Positions 15,984 through 29,646 of a DNA stretch of 64,000 bases are shown here, in pieces. The notes under the pieces were generated by a model, which worked only from the letters and a program-made list of their open reading frames with translations, had not been told where the DNA came from and made no database searches. How positions within the stretch are numbered: the first letter of the stretch is position 1; each line of letters opens with the position of its first letter. Both the position numbers and the translations under genes were made by a program. Source of the stretch: Nymphaea colorata. Lineage: Eukaryota. Location: assembly GCF_008831285.2 (NCBI RefSeq), contig NC_045138.2:15934001-15998000 (forward strand), in the 5' to 3' direction.

Positions 15984-16948
15984 CTTATAATTTTCGAACC
16001 ACATATGGGCTATTGTAGGCAGTTGCCCGCACTAGTCTCTCAAGGTTTCTTTATAATTTTCAAATTTATATCTTTAAATATTTGCTCCATTATGTGTATG
16101 AGTGCCTCTTTAGAAATGAAAATTTTCGGAGATCTCTCTTTCTCTCTGACTCGCTTACTCCATTATTTGGATTAAAGGCTCGGTCAACACGGCCTTGGTC
16201 AAACATGGGTCCATTTTTTTTTTTTTATCTCTTCATGGTCCACTAAATTTCAGGGACACAAATAAAGGAGAAGGAGAACAAAATGGTGTCCCCCACAGTT
16301 TTGATACTAAGATATGGGCTTCTGATCACAAAACTGATATTCCCTTTATGCAGTTGGAAAGCCTAAAAAGTAGACCCACCTTTACCCCTCCTTGGCTCCA
16401 TAGACCTAGAAAAAGCCTACTCGCGCCCGCACCGGTGCTAGTGGTAGGTCCATCCCCACTTTGAAGAGGACGACTCCTCATTGATCATAACATAGCGGCT
16501 TACTTTGCCGGAGATTGCGATGATGATGGTGATGATGATGATAATAATTTTCTACTATAATGAATTTGTTTACGAGCAAATGTGACACTAAGTAGGGCCG
16601 AAAAAGTAGCTCAATGATCATAATGTTTTTTTTTTTTTTTTGAGATTTTATTGATCCACTCCTAAGTTTACATTGTATATAATGAAGTGAGTGAATGATA
16701 ACTCTAGTTATTTAGAGTCACCCGAGTCACTCATTATGGTCGTTGTAATGAACAGTTTGGAGAAAATTTAAAAAAAAAGTGATGAAAATATTCATCAACT
16801 TTTTTTTCTTATTTTTCTCTCAACTTTTCTCTCAACTGTACATAACCACGATATGAACGGCCCTTAATAAGCTTTCGGGCTTGGAGAAGAACAGTGAAAC
16901 CCAAAACTCAAAGTAAATACAATGAGTAATTGGACTAATTTTCCTTGT

Positions 16949-16951
<3 letters not shown>

Positions 16952-17016
<65 letters not shown>
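16952..17016. repeat. (TA)n microsatellite
   Basis: About 32 TA units, directly visible. Confidence 0.95.
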
Positions 17017-17017
<1 letters not shown>

Positions 17018-17134
17018 CAGATTCGCATATCTTCTCTGCCTAATAAGGCAAATGCAACGGACATTTCCACGTGTAATGACTTTAAGGGCTACAAATACAG
17101 CCGACTAAAGTGATTGGCTTTTAAGTTTATATTT

Positions 17135-17685
17135 TCAAGGAGGCAAATTTTTTTAAAAAAATGCCTAGATATTTGTCGATCAAATAAAAAAAAACCATAA
17201 TATTTTGATATTGTTAAAAACATACTTAAGTTTTCTGCATTTAATAAAAAATAACCTTCCTTCAGTTAAACCCAAGGTTAACATCAACATAAGTTGGGTT
17301 AATGAGATAAGATAACTAAAATAGCCCTAGTATTTGATAATTTTGTATTAGTCTCTTCAATATATTTACATTAAACTGTGTCCGGATAAGTGTTAGTTAT
17401 TAATAAGAAAACTCGTCCGTTGTTTTTTTTTTCAACTAATGCAACAAAGTTGATTATGAAATAACAAGTATTTAAGTGTATTTAAAGAATTAGACATTTT
17501 TCTCTTTCTTTAAGGAGCAAAACGATAAATTTTCGCTAACTTAACAGCTCATTTGACTGAAGGTAATTCACATGAAAGTTTCTTTATCAATAATGAACAA
17601 AACTTACGTATGTTTTTAACAATAAGAAAAAATGATATGCCTTTTTGTATTATTTATTCTTTAGCTATGTTTTTCTCTTTCATAA
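17135..17685. mobile_element. Mutator-like/foldback non-autonomous element with long degenerate TIRs
   Basis: TATTGTTAAAAACATACTTAAGTTTT (17209-17234) is inverted against AAAACTTACGTATGTTTTTAACAATA (17599-17624), and CCTTCAGTTAAA against TTTGACTGAAGG. Boundaries are approximate. Confidence 0.6.
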
Positions 17686-18059
17686 AAAAAAATGAAAAAT
17701 CATGAGTCCTGTGAGAGTATAGTCGTAGTTTTTATCTGCACAGTTTCTTCTATGTTCTTCTGCAAGATGTTAATTTATTTAATTTTTTCTGAGCAGCACT
17801 GTAGCAATTTATTAATGATCTTTGCCACATATTGTGACAAAATATGCCCATCTCCTGCATGCTCACCAATCTCGATATCATCAGGATTTCTGGGCCAAGA
17901 GGGCAACTCAACTCGTGATAAACTGATTTCCCCTTCTTGGAAATATATCAGCAACTGTAAAGTATCAAAATTTTATAAGAATGCAAACAAACCTGAAACA
18001 AAAAGTTTACGAAATAATAAAAAATAAGAAAAGAAAAGGTATCTCCATGATGTGTGCTT

Positions 18060-18060
18060 T

Positions 18061-18105
<45 letters not shown>
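18060..18105. repeat. (TA)n(GA)n compound microsatellite
   Basis: Directly visible. Confidence 0.95.
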
Positions 18106-18106
<1 letters not shown>

Positions 18107-18823
18107 ATCAAATCTTCTAAATTCTTGTCAAAAAAGGTTTTAAACGAAATATGAACGTTCTACTATGTTTAAAGATACTATCAACATAAAGCATGTATTA
18201 ATTCAAGTTGTTTTCAAGAAGAATACTTATTTTCTACTATTATAAATTTGATGACATAAGATCTGCCCATTTTTTATTACTCGCAAAATATGTTAAACTC
18301 AAAAAATGACTGGCTTAGCGTATGATTCCCTCTAAAACATTATTAAGATCATATCTCTACGTTTAAATTTTATAAACAATGCTTTAGCAATCAATTAAAT
18401 TTTCAATAATCTAGTCGTTGTTCCTGACCTAATGGTTTGAGATTTAACAATTACTCTTTTAGATATATATATATATATATAAAATTTGTTTGGGCCAACT
18501 TTTGTTCGGGGATGGAAAGCGAACACAATTCACGTGGTCGGTGTATTTTCCCCACGTTAGGCCATCCTTTGAGCAACCAATGTATCGGGAAAAGGAAAAA
18601 TAAGGAAGAATATGTCATCATCATATGCACATGGGTAACTTGCATTGAACAACATATGATTATGATCATATGCATGCATCAAACCTGATTTTTCCTTTCA
18701 TCCCCTTTTTTTTGGTAGCTTGGCTTACAGGTGGATCAGATCTAGTCTTTTTTCTACAGGACCAAATTCATTTTTTATTCGATTTTTTATAAGAACAACA
18801 TTATGTTCTTAGAACACATTAGT

Positions 18824-18826
<3 letters not shown>

Positions 18827-18903
<77 letters not shown>
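18827..18903. repeat. (TA)n(GA)n compound microsatellite
   Basis: Directly visible. Confidence 0.95.
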
Positions 18904-19087
18904 TTAAAATTTCGAATCTTTCTTCCACCAGTATGTGCAAACACGTAGACACTCGAAAGGCTTTATCAAGTATATTTGGCGAACGGGTCTAAATGCACAA
19001 AGACAGGCAGAAGCAGGGAAAAAAACAGACAGACGCAAACACGCACACAACACACACTCTCTCGTTTCTTTGTCAAGTCATTCACGG

Positions 19088-19390
19088 CAGGGCTGTCGAT
19101 GGGTCCGGCGATCCAGCTAGCCCAGCCCACCTTTCCTTCGACTGTACACACTGTTCACCGGCCCTGTGTTCGGACCATGTCGGCAGGTTTGGATTGGCCA
19201 CTGGATCCATATCCAAATAGCCTGATCCAGATCGGCTGCCTGTGAAGGGCAGGAGTGTTGTCAACTAGTGGTAGGCTTAGCCTGCAATCCTAGAGAGGCT
19301 TGAGGGGATGAACCTGAGCCCACACTGTGCCCACACTGCTGGTTTCAGATCTGGACCCACCATGCTCCAGTCCAACCCATTTACAGCTCT
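19088..19390. mobile_element. hAT-like MITE in the LAX upstream region
   Basis: Ends CAGGGCTGTCGATGGG / CCCATTTACAGCTCT are imperfect TIRs. The interior is GC-rich with GGATCC/GCCTG motifs, and the right end runs into a (CT)n tract. Confidence 0.6.
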
Positions 19391-19615
19391 CTCTCTCTCT
19401 CTCTCTCTGTGCATGAGCTTGTACATTTGGAGTTCACGTGGGAATGAAGGTGGAGGGGACGTTCTAGAGAGAGAAAATTAAAGCAGAATATGGCGTGAAG
19501 GGTATCATGTCAAGTAATATGACACCTTATGCATCATCATTCATCCCACCTTTAATTAAACCTTCTTTATTAAAGGAAAATTATTTTAATTATCAAAATT
19601 AATCTTTATCTCTCT

Positions 19616-19649
<34 letters not shown>

Positions 19650-20008
19650 GAATGCAATCTATATCTATTTGCAACTGCAGGAAAGAACAGACATTGATGC
19701 TCCAAAAGAAAGCGAAGGAGAGAAGAGAAAGCAAGAAGGAAGAGGGCGCGTGGGTCATGCCGCTCGTGCAATATACTTTTCCTTTCTCTCTCTAAGATAC
19801 TCTCTCTCTCCCCCCCCAGAGTGACTCGCCACCTTCCTCTCACGAGTCACGCTCATCATCTTCACCTCTCTTTCTCTCTCTAATCTTGCTTTTCACCTGT
19901 CCAGAGTCCATATAAGGTACCGAAGCTCCTCCCCCTCCGCCTCCCCATATACCTTTCCCTTCAAAATCTGAATAATCGACTAAGCCATCCTTCAACCGAG
20001 AGAGAGAG

Positions 20009-23000
20009 ATGGCCTCGGAGAAGGTAGAGACCGTGATTGCAGGAAACTATATGGAGATGGAGAAGGAAGGGAAAGCCACCAGTGCGAGGAGGAAGCTCTC
20101 CAAGCTCTTCTGGCATGGCGGCTCCGTCTACGACGCCTGGTTCAGTTGTGCCTCCAACCAGGTCTCCTATCTTGCCTTAGGCCTCGGCGCTCTCGTTTTC
20201 AGATTCTTCTCGTGAAGAATACTGTTTTGTCTCGTGTGTTCTTTTTCTCATGATCTTTCTCCTTTTCTCTGGACTTTATGGTCGCAAAAATTTCAGGTGG
20301 CACAAGTCCTTCTGACATTGCCGTATTCATTCTCCCAACTTGGGATGCTATCGGGAATCCTTTTCCAGTTATTCTATGGCTTGATGGGTAGCTACACTGC
20401 TTACCTTATTTCTGTTCTCTACGTTGAGTACAGAACCAGAAAAGAAAGAGAAAAGGTGGATTTCAGGAATCATGTAATTCAGGTAACCTCGCTCTCTCTA
20501 TACTTCTTCATCTGCAACAGCTGTTACTCTCTGTGACCAAATTAGTCTCTTTTCCTCTTAACGTCTGCGCTGCTAAGAATTCACTCTTTTTTTTTTTTTT
20601 TTTACTGCAGTGGTTTGAAGTCCTTGATGGGCTTTTGGGTAAGCACTGGAGGAACGCAGGTCTCTTCTTTAACTGCACCTTCCTTCTGTTTGGTTCTGTA
20701 ATTCAACTCATTGCATGCGCCAGGTATGAAAATCTGGCATTTTCTTTATAGTGTAGTGTATAGTGTAGTGTAGTCCCTTACAAACCAATTTTCTTTTCTT
20801 TTTCACTTGTGGTGGAGAACAGTAACATCTACTATATCAATGATCACCTCGATAAGAGGACATGGACATACATATTTGGCGCATGTTGCGCCACAACAGT
20901 CTTTATCCCGTCGTTCCACAACTACAGAATTTGGTCATTTCTTGGCCTCTTGATGACTACTTACACTGCCTGGTATATGACTGTTGCTGCTCTAATGAAT
21001 GGACAGGTAAAGTGGGGAACCCTGTAATCTTCATACTTATGTATATGAAGAGAACAAAAGAAATTTTTTTTTTAATTTTATTGGTATGTGCATTTTATCA
21101 TATGCATGCCAATGTTTAATTGGTAGGTTGAGGGAGTTCAACATTCAGGTCCAACTACAGCTGTTCTATACTTCACTGGAGCGACCAATATCCTATATAC
21201 TTTTGGAGGGCATGCCGTCACAGTGTGAGGCTCATTTTTACCATGTTTGAGAGAGAAGATTTTACCTTTTTTTAAAGTTTTATGGCGCAAATCAGATTAG
21301 AAAGTTGTTCTTGACTATATTGTGAATTAAGTTTCTGTTTTGCTCTATGCTTTCCCAGTGAGATCATGCATGCTATGTGGAAGCCTCAGAAGTTCAAGCT
21401 CATATATCTAGTGGCCACACTCTATGTGCTCACCCTGACCCTTCCCTCTGCCATCTCTGTCTACTGGGCATTTGGGGACATGCTGCTTAACCACTCAAAT
21501 GCTTTCGCCTTGCTTCCAAAGTCTGGTTTCAGAGACCTTGCTGTCATCCTTATGTTGATCCATCAGGTAACGTTGCTTATATATATATATATATATATAT
21601 ATACTGATGCTCCAGTGGATAAGCCAGTTGGGCAGAGTGGGACATTAATCCAAAAGAAAATCAGAAGTAAAAAAACATGTAAGCAGTAAGATCTTGGTCA
21701 ACAATTATTTTCAACTCTTATGGTAAATTTTCAAATTACTATGTGCAAAACTATCTCTTTCTCTGTCTATATGTACATGTGCCCGTCGTATTCGTGAAAA
21801 CATAACTTGCAAAACAGAGTTTTATAAGGAGTTTGAGATTAATTATCTTATCTTTAACGTCACATGCATAGCTTTTGTAAAAGCAACACCTTTTTTTTAT
21901 TCGTACATTTTTTGACATCAGGCTTCGATCTGTATTCATGATTTTAAAAAGAAAAAGAGCGTTTGAAATCATTGGACGGTGCGGATTGTATAATTCATGA
22001 ACTCTATGTGTACATGTTCGTGGACAAGTTAAAGGAAGAAATATTTGGCGAAAGATTATTATTATTATGCTTCGTATTCGGTTTTTGGTGTTTGAATGAT
22101 GATGTATGGTGATGATGATGATGATGCAGTTTATAACCTTCGGATTCGCTTGCACTCCCCTTTACTTCGTGTGGGAGAAGTTGATAGGGATGCATGAGAA
22201 CAAGAGCATGCTGAAGCGAGCCCTTACCAGGCTGCCTGTGGTCGTCCCCATCTGGTTCCTCGCCATCATCTTCCCCTTCTTCGGCCCCATCAACTCCACC
22301 GTCGGATCATTCCTCGTTAGCTTCACCGTCTACATCATCCCCGCTTTAGCCCACATGATCACTTTTGCTCCTGCCGCTGCAAGAGAGGTAGTACTCCAAC
22401 CTTTTCCTACCTTTAATTTTCATGGCTTCTTCTCCTTTCCCAGATCATCACTCGTAATTTCTTCTCATTTTCATGACCTTCAATCATTAATCTTTTTAAA
22501 CTCAAAAAGAAACCATGTTACAAAGCATAAATCCTCTTCTCAATTATCATTCAAACGAATAATTAAACATGGTTCTTGCTTTTCCAACTACCCATTTGAA
22601 AAAACCAAGTTCTTTTGCGAGCCTGTAATTGAATGTGACAGAAGGTTTTGAAATGATGACCATTAATCTTTTTAAAACTATGTTACAAATCATAAATCTT
22701 ATTTTGGATTACCATTCAAACAAATAATTAAACATGGTTCTTGCTTTTCTAACTACCCATTTGAAAATGCCAAGTTCTTTTGTGAGCCTGCATTCTGTAA
22801 TTGAATCTGACAGAAGTTTTTGAAATAATGAACTTTTCAAAATTGCTAAGTCAGGGCTGACAGAAAAACTTTATTTGCAGAACGCGGTGGAGAGACCACC
22901 CTCCATGGTGGGGGGCTGGGTTGGGCTCTACTGCATGAACGTGCTGGTGGTGGGCTGGGTTCTGATCGTTGGGTTCGGTTTCGGGGGGTGGGCGAGCACC

Positions 23001-23075
23001 ATCAACTTCGTCCACCAGATCTACACCTTTGGGCTCTTCGCCAAGTGCTACCAGTGTCCCCCTCACAAAGCTTGA
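20009..23075 (+). CDS. LAX3: Auxin influx carrier, AUX1/LAX family (LAX3-like; 464 aa, 8 exons)
   Basis: Exons 20009-20161, 20297-20482, 20611-20723, 20823-21006, 21127-21224, 21359-21566, 22130-22387 and 22881-23075 (1395 nt, GT-AG). Motifs WHGGSVYDAWFSCASNQVAQVLLTLPYSF, FGGHAVTVEIMHAMWKPQKFK and FGLFAKCYQCP are present. The N-terminus MASEKVETVIAGNY is typical of the LAX2/LAX3 clade; exact orthology was not tested. Confidence 0.96.
22484..22832. repeat. Tandem duplication, ~175 bp x2, LAX intron 7
   Basis: CATTAATCTTTTTAAA...AATAATTAAACATGGTTCTTGCTTTTC(C/T)AACTACCCATTTGAAAA...GACAGAAG(G/T)TTTTGAAAT starts at 22484 and 22661. Confidence 0.9.
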
Positions 23076-24714
23076 ACCCTGCACTCTCCTCCATCCATCC
23101 ATCCATCAACTTCAGAACCCAATTAGATGTTGTAAAGAGATTTTATAACTTCATAGCCTCTATCTCTCTCATGATCTTCACATGTGATCATGACCGTAAA
23201 ATTGTTTATGGGGAGTCTTCTTTTTTTTTCTCTCTCTCTTTCTAGATGGAATTCCGCAGTCTTGTTGAGTGTAACGCATATAACTATCGGTGCTTTTTAT
23301 TTAATTTTGATTGAAAAGTATTGTAATCTCTTCCTTTTCCGCAAATGAATAGACCACACAGATGCGCCATTTCTATGTGGACTAACTGGCATGGGCAGAT
23401 TTGAGGATGATTCACAGAAACCAACCGTAAGCTTAAGGACAGGAGCAAACGGACACACACAAATATATGTATATATAAAGAGAGAGAAAGAGATAGAGAT
23501 AGAAAGAGAAATGGACTGTAGCTGGCCAAAGGACAAAAGTTCTCTGGACGGACATTGTTTGGAATGGCATATTTTTGCTGGAAGCCCTCATGCCTTCGTA
23601 TTCATATACTTCTTATCCGCTACTATGGCCCGATTGCCATTGAAGACACTACCAGTAGAGAGAGAGAGAGAGATGTTAGAAAAGATCTTGATGTCGATTG
23701 GTTGCTTTCTTTGACCGAAGTTTCGTCCGGGCATGTGGTTCGTTGTTATATTTGTAGGGATGCGCAGTTTCTCCTAGTAATCTAAACGCCAATGATGCGG
23801 TCGAAATTTTTACAGTTCAATCTGTTGTATCGTCACTTTGGTTTAATTCCGAGCTACCACTGTTCATTCTGAAGTTGCCGTCCGGAAAATCTTTGCTTCC
23901 GGCTTAATGTTATTTATTTCGTGTGGGTAAGAGGATTGATTTCACTGCTCCTCTCCTCCTTTCCCCGAGCAAATATCAAGCAGTGAGATCTTCACGTGAT
24001 ATAGAAACATTGTCCCCCACCAGTCAAACTAGAGACTTGCGCGCCGTATAATACATCCTATCGCCCATTTAACCTATGCTCCTATGCGCTAATGCTATTT
24101 CTTTCAATCTCACTGTCTATATGTGCCAATGTACAGCAGAAGCCCGTCCCTTGATAAAACGCACTGAAACACACTCTAACATGTTTATATTAAGCAAACT
24201 AAAAGCATCGTTTCCGATTTCTTATAGTAATTTATGAAACCCAGATAGTGAGTTCTCGCTTTAAAGTTGCTTGTGTGAGAGAGAGGGAGGGAGTATTATC
24301 AGTAGTCCAAGGAAATCCTAGGGAATGAATGCAGGGTGATGCTGATTGCAGAAGTCCGGAGAGGGACAGAGAGGACGTATGCGCAGGTCATGGAGCTCAT
24401 GGGAAGCTACACGATGATGTTCATTGCAAAGGTCCAAAGAATCTTTTGGCCTTTCTGTTTCTTTACGTTGAGCGTCTGTGTGCAGTGGCCGTGAGAGTGA
24501 CAACGTCAAGGTCCAGGACATGACCATCCCTCAATGAAAAAGGGGACAAATAATTTTGTTTTAGCAAATACAGTCTTCGGCGATCGGAAAGGAACAGGTC
24601 CAGTAAAGGTGGGCAACAGTGTCTCGCTATGCAGTGGGAGAGAGGGACCAGAAATCAATAATTCAGATATCATCAACGTTTAACTCGAATCCCAACTCAT
24701 TCGGTGCATTATAA

Positions 24715-25500
24715 ACGAATTCAAGTTTGATTGGTAATCCAATTCTCAATGACTGGTGATCCAATTCTAACATGGCGTAGGAATTCCTCACCAAATCTGA
24801 CGGAATCCACAGATTCAACGAACACCGAGTTCAGTTCTGTATTTTGTAGTCTTTCTAACTCTGAGTCCCATTTTTTCGATTTTACAAGGGGAAACCACAA
24901 CCAAGTATGATTATTAATCCAATTGGAACATGTTATAGGATTTTCTTAGCAAATTTGCAGAGACATCAATGTCATCGAGAAAATCTCCACAAAAAACACG
25001 ACCAATGGTTCCAAGTTCAATTCTGTATTTTGCATATTTAAATCTGACTCTCAGTCCTGTTTCTTTTCAAAATTTTGTTCCTGTTAGAAGGCATAATGGT
25101 GTGACAGAATTACACCTGGAACGGCTATACCAACAGCTGTAAAGCAATGAAACTCTCTAGACAATCCTGTTAGCCACCGATTCTGTGCATGTATATATAA
25201 GAAAAATAACAAACTCACAATTTTCTTGAGTTCTAATACTGCTCTGTTCTCTCTCCGACTTCTGCTGCTCTGCTCTTACACTCCATCAATCTCTGTCATA
25301 ACAGTTCCCGACAGAAACCACAATCAAGTTTGATTCATAATCCAATTCGAACATGGTGGAGCACTTCCTTATGGACTCCAACAAATACAGATCTCGGAAG
25401 ATCTCTGCGAATTCAACAAATTCCACGGTTGAGCTGCACCTGCATCTGATTCGAACTCCTATCTTTTTCAATATCTTGCATGCAGAAACCGTAATCCGAA
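24715..25500. repeat. Degenerate ~180-190 bp tandem repeat (3+ units), interrupted by a solo LTR
   Basis: CAAGT(T/A)TGATT..TAATCCAATT..AACATG recurs near 24721, 24902 and 25326. AGTTCA(G/A)TTCTGTATTTTG recurs near 24828 and 25015. Confidence 0.6.
25082..25303 (+). mobile_element. Solo LTR (copia-like, 222 bp) with perfect 5-bp TSD
   Basis: Starts TGTTAG and ends CATAACA (TGTTA/TAACA terminal inverted repeat). Contains an internal TATATATAA followed by a CT-rich tract. Flanked by GTTCC at 25077-25081 and 25304-25308. Confidence 0.85.
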
Positions 25501-28500
25501 TCAAGCGTCAAGCTCTGTGGATTGCAGCCGGTTTGATGGCCAACTACCACTTGCATGGGTTCAAGTCTTAGTTTGATCTGCCACTTGCATTGAGATGCTG
25601 TTCATGAAAAAATTCTTTAATGGCGGACACATTGGTGTTGTGGTTCCCACAGATCCAGGATGGAGTGCAATATTATCTTCCACATTAACTCCTTGTGTTG
25701 TTTTCTGTTTGGAGCATCCCAGTGCCTGAAGCACTGATAGGCACATAAAGAGTCCCAAGAAACAGCATCTTTTGAACTCTCAATGCACACCCATTCTTCT
25801 CTTGTCTGCTGTAGGCTCATGTGGGAAATCAAGAAGGAAAAAAAAAAAAAAATCCTTTCTTGATATTCAAAGCTGACAGTTCTATCTTCCCCTTTAGAAG
25901 TGTCCACCCCCTTCCATCATCTGGAAAGGCCTACTCAAGCCCTGTCGTTCATCATCCTCTGTGCTTTCACGATCCACAAATGAATGATGTTGGTTGCACA
26001 CACCTGCTATGACAAGAACTACTCCTTCATATGACCAAACTGAACTAAGACACTTGTTGTTTCTTTGATTGAACGAGTGTTTTCTTTTCATGGCAGGATA
26101 TTTTACAGAGCACCAATGATGAAGAAAACAGGAGGCGATTTCTTCTCTGGTCAGAGGGAACCGCCTAGTGGTGTAACTTGATTGAATATATCTAGTCATT
26201 GATCTGATTTTGAATCCATTTAGTCGAGTCTGGCAAATAAATTTGGAACTGCTCGCTAATGGGATTCAACAGTTTCATAACTGAATCTGAGTCGATTGTC
26301 CAATTGAGACTCGGTAAAGGTCTGGCCTGAGTAGACACAAGTGCTATATTCATCGAAGATCATCCTCCTTCACTATGAAATGATCTTTCCAAAGGTTGAA
26401 ATTACGAACTTATTTATGCTTAGCAGCTTCTGTAAGGCAGCTTGATGTCGCTCCGAAGGCCGATTAAATGCTTATAAAAGTCAGGCAAGTTTCCTGTGAA
26501 GCGGACGATTAATTATGTGAATCACCAGACGCCACGCCCTTCTTTTACAAATAGTTCATCAACTTTTTTTTATATAAAATGAACCAATTATTAATTTACT
26601 CCGTTGGGCCTTAAATAATAACCGGTCCTAAATTCAAACTAAAAAAAAAAATGTTGCGAGCAGGTGTAAAATTGCATTAAAAAGTGTTTACTGTGTTATG
26701 TTACTTGTCAAAAAAAAATCTTTCTTTTTGTAACTGATTTCTTAATTGTTTAGTTTTTATTTAATTTTAAATTTTAAAACACGTCTTTAATCAAATCTGA
26801 TTCACAAAACGATTGGATTCACAACACTGATTTTAATAACATTAAAAACAAGTGAGTGGCAATCTTCAAGGAGTATCTATGGTAGAAATTAAATAAAGGA
26901 AAAGAAGAAAAATATATAGAGAGAAAATTGATAAGGAAGATTGAAAAACTTTGCCCCCATCAATGTCAAAGTAAGTGGGCGGTATTTTTCATGGAATGTT
27001 GACCATATTAATTAAATAAAGGGAAAAAATAAAATTATATATGGAGAAAAATTATATGGGGAATGTACATAGACATTGTTTCAGGTAACTGGTGCATCTC
27101 TCCCTCTCTCTTGGTGAATCCATCTAATTCCTATATATTATTGTTGATATTCCTGTGGATATTCAGGGGCCGTTTCAAAGGCCATAAAAAATTGCCTCCG
27201 CCACTTTCTTTGCGTATTTCTCTGATTTTATGAATTTTTAGTTTTAAGCATAAAAATTATGCAAACAAAGCTCTTTCAAGTGTTTTTTTTTTTTTTTTTT
27301 TTTTTTTTTTAGTGAGAAATGTTGTAATGATCTTTTTCAGTGGGTTGAAAATTGTCTCTCGAAGATCTACTTATTATGTCTCTCGAATATGTTAACAACA
27401 GAGAGAACTCTCTATTATGTTGTTGTTTCTGAAGACGTGGATCCCATATATGATATTGATTCATCGCGTCCTTTTCCTCTAGCGTTGTTTCCGCCATCTT
27501 AACTCCTGAAATATATTGTTCAAACGAAGGATATCGAATTATTTTCATTTGACGGCTTTACCTGGCTTTTGTGAAGTTTTAGTTTCATTATTTATTCGTG
27601 TTTTGTTAAAATGTATAGTTATTTGTCGAATCGATCCAATAACTTATTCACTAAAAACTAAAATCCGCTGAATCATCAAATCAACAATAATATTACTCTC
27701 TAAAGGATAATATTATGTAAAAACCTACGAGTTCACACTCTATGAGGTATTGAGACTACCAAACCCCATGTTATCATTGAAAAGGTAAGTATTAAGGCTT
27801 ATTTACTCGTATATTCATCATTAATACTTAGCTTATGGTAAGATATGAAATGGGTATTTTAGCATTTTTAATTTGCTGCTGGCCTCGAGTTAAAAACCCA
27901 AGTAATGTTTGGCATATTCGGGTGTAAATTGATTAGATTAAGTTATTATTTGTTAATGTCTGTTTGTTTGGAGAGAATTGGTCTATTCTGGATCTTACCT
28001 TAAAACAGAGTCTTGAGTCAAAATGTGGGCTTACCTAATTTCAAATTACAGCAGATAATTAATCCCCTGTTTGCTGTTATACTCCGGATTTTATTAACGC
28101 TTAAAATTTTATTTTTCAAAAGCTCAGCTGAGGCCATGCCTCTGCCGGCGCCCCTAGCTTCGGTCTTATCTACATTCTATGGCTTGTTAATGAATACTTA
28201 CGAGAGAATATTTTTTAGGTTGAATGTCTTGGTAGTATTCATATTATTTTTTTTAATGTTTACTTAAAAGAAACCACAAGCCGCATAAAACTTTATATCT
28301 TCAAATTTCTGATTTGTTTCGTAGCTTGGGTGGACCTACGATATATCTTTGAGTTGATATATTAGATATCGTGTTTGTAACCAAAACATTCACACACCCG
28401 AATGTATCAGTGCACATGGGTTTCGAACCTCAGACCTGAGCCACCATGCTGTTCAGTTGGTATGCCCCTTGATGTGGTCATTATATGATTGAATGACTCA

Positions 28501-29646
28501 CAGAAGAGATTAGAGAAGGACAAATGTGTTGCTGTATTGATTTTCCTTCAAAGAGCTAATATGGGTCTGAGCAGTTCCACAGCTGTAAAAATATCAAGAG
28601 GCAAATTATTAAAATTCAAAATTCTTTGTCGAGGGTCACTCTTTTTTTCTTTATTTTTAAAGTTGTGGATTCATTTGCGGGAGTAGCCAAGTCAAGGCTA
28701 CTTATATTTCTCTAGAATTTTCTTTTTTGGGCTAAAACTGTTGCAAAATGGGCATTGGTGATGATCAGTTGCTAGTTTTTAGTGACAGATTACACGCATT
28801 TGAGCAACATCTGCCGAGCACTTCAAAATGAGAGATTCAAGTCATTCGAACTCATCCACAAAGTTAAACTGAAAAGATATATATACATACATATATATAG
28901 CAGAACAACGACGATAAAATAGTGATTGACTAATACGCAAGCATATATATAGATATATTACCTATACTCCAAGTTCGTAGCATATTAGCGAAGAGATTCT
29001 GCTTCTCAAGCGCAGTCAGGATGAGAGACGTTGCAAGTCCACTATATGGTTCATCTCCTTCATCCTTCTGTCTGCACTCTTAAGGTGAGCAAGAGGGTTG
29101 TTCTATCACCCAAATGAAAGCTGAATCTCTTTCCTTTCTCTTGTCGGAAATGTCTCAAAGGTCTAGAGTTGTATCGTTACTTCTTTATACTTCAACTTGC
29201 ACTTAAATTCCACCATGAAGGCTAAGACTGTTTAGCCTAAGAATTTGAACTGTCATCGCTTCTATGGACAGACCAACCTCCGTGGGGCTAAATGCCAATT
29301 GTATTTTCTGCGAAACACAACTCCCTTGCCAAAAACTAAGAAGTTATAGATTAAACGTTAAAAGTATTTTGTCTTGATATATAAATTATATCGAAAACAG
29401 GTGACTTATGTGGACTTCAAGTAAGCATAATCTGTGTTCACAAAATCAGCCAGAATGGACGATTTCAGTCACCTTCTGTGACTAACCAAGTTCATTGGCA
29501 GGCCAACTAAAGAGGGCATCAGCCCACATGAACTCAACATAGGAGAAACTGTGTAATAAGAGAAGCAAGTCACCTTTATGAAAAAGTTGTGTAGCTGGTC
29601 GGGCTAGTAGAGCGGCAATCTGCTAGTTGAACGCTATTCCTATAAA

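Noticed and set aside
24318..26199. Several 60-100 aa ORFs downstream of LAX
   Set aside because: No recognisable domains or consistent exon chain. Part of the region is explained by the tandem repeat and solo LTR.
28400..28460. B-box-like GGTTCGAAACCC suggesting a tRNA or SINE
   Set aside because: No cloverleaf, properly spaced A-box, tail or TSD is discernible.
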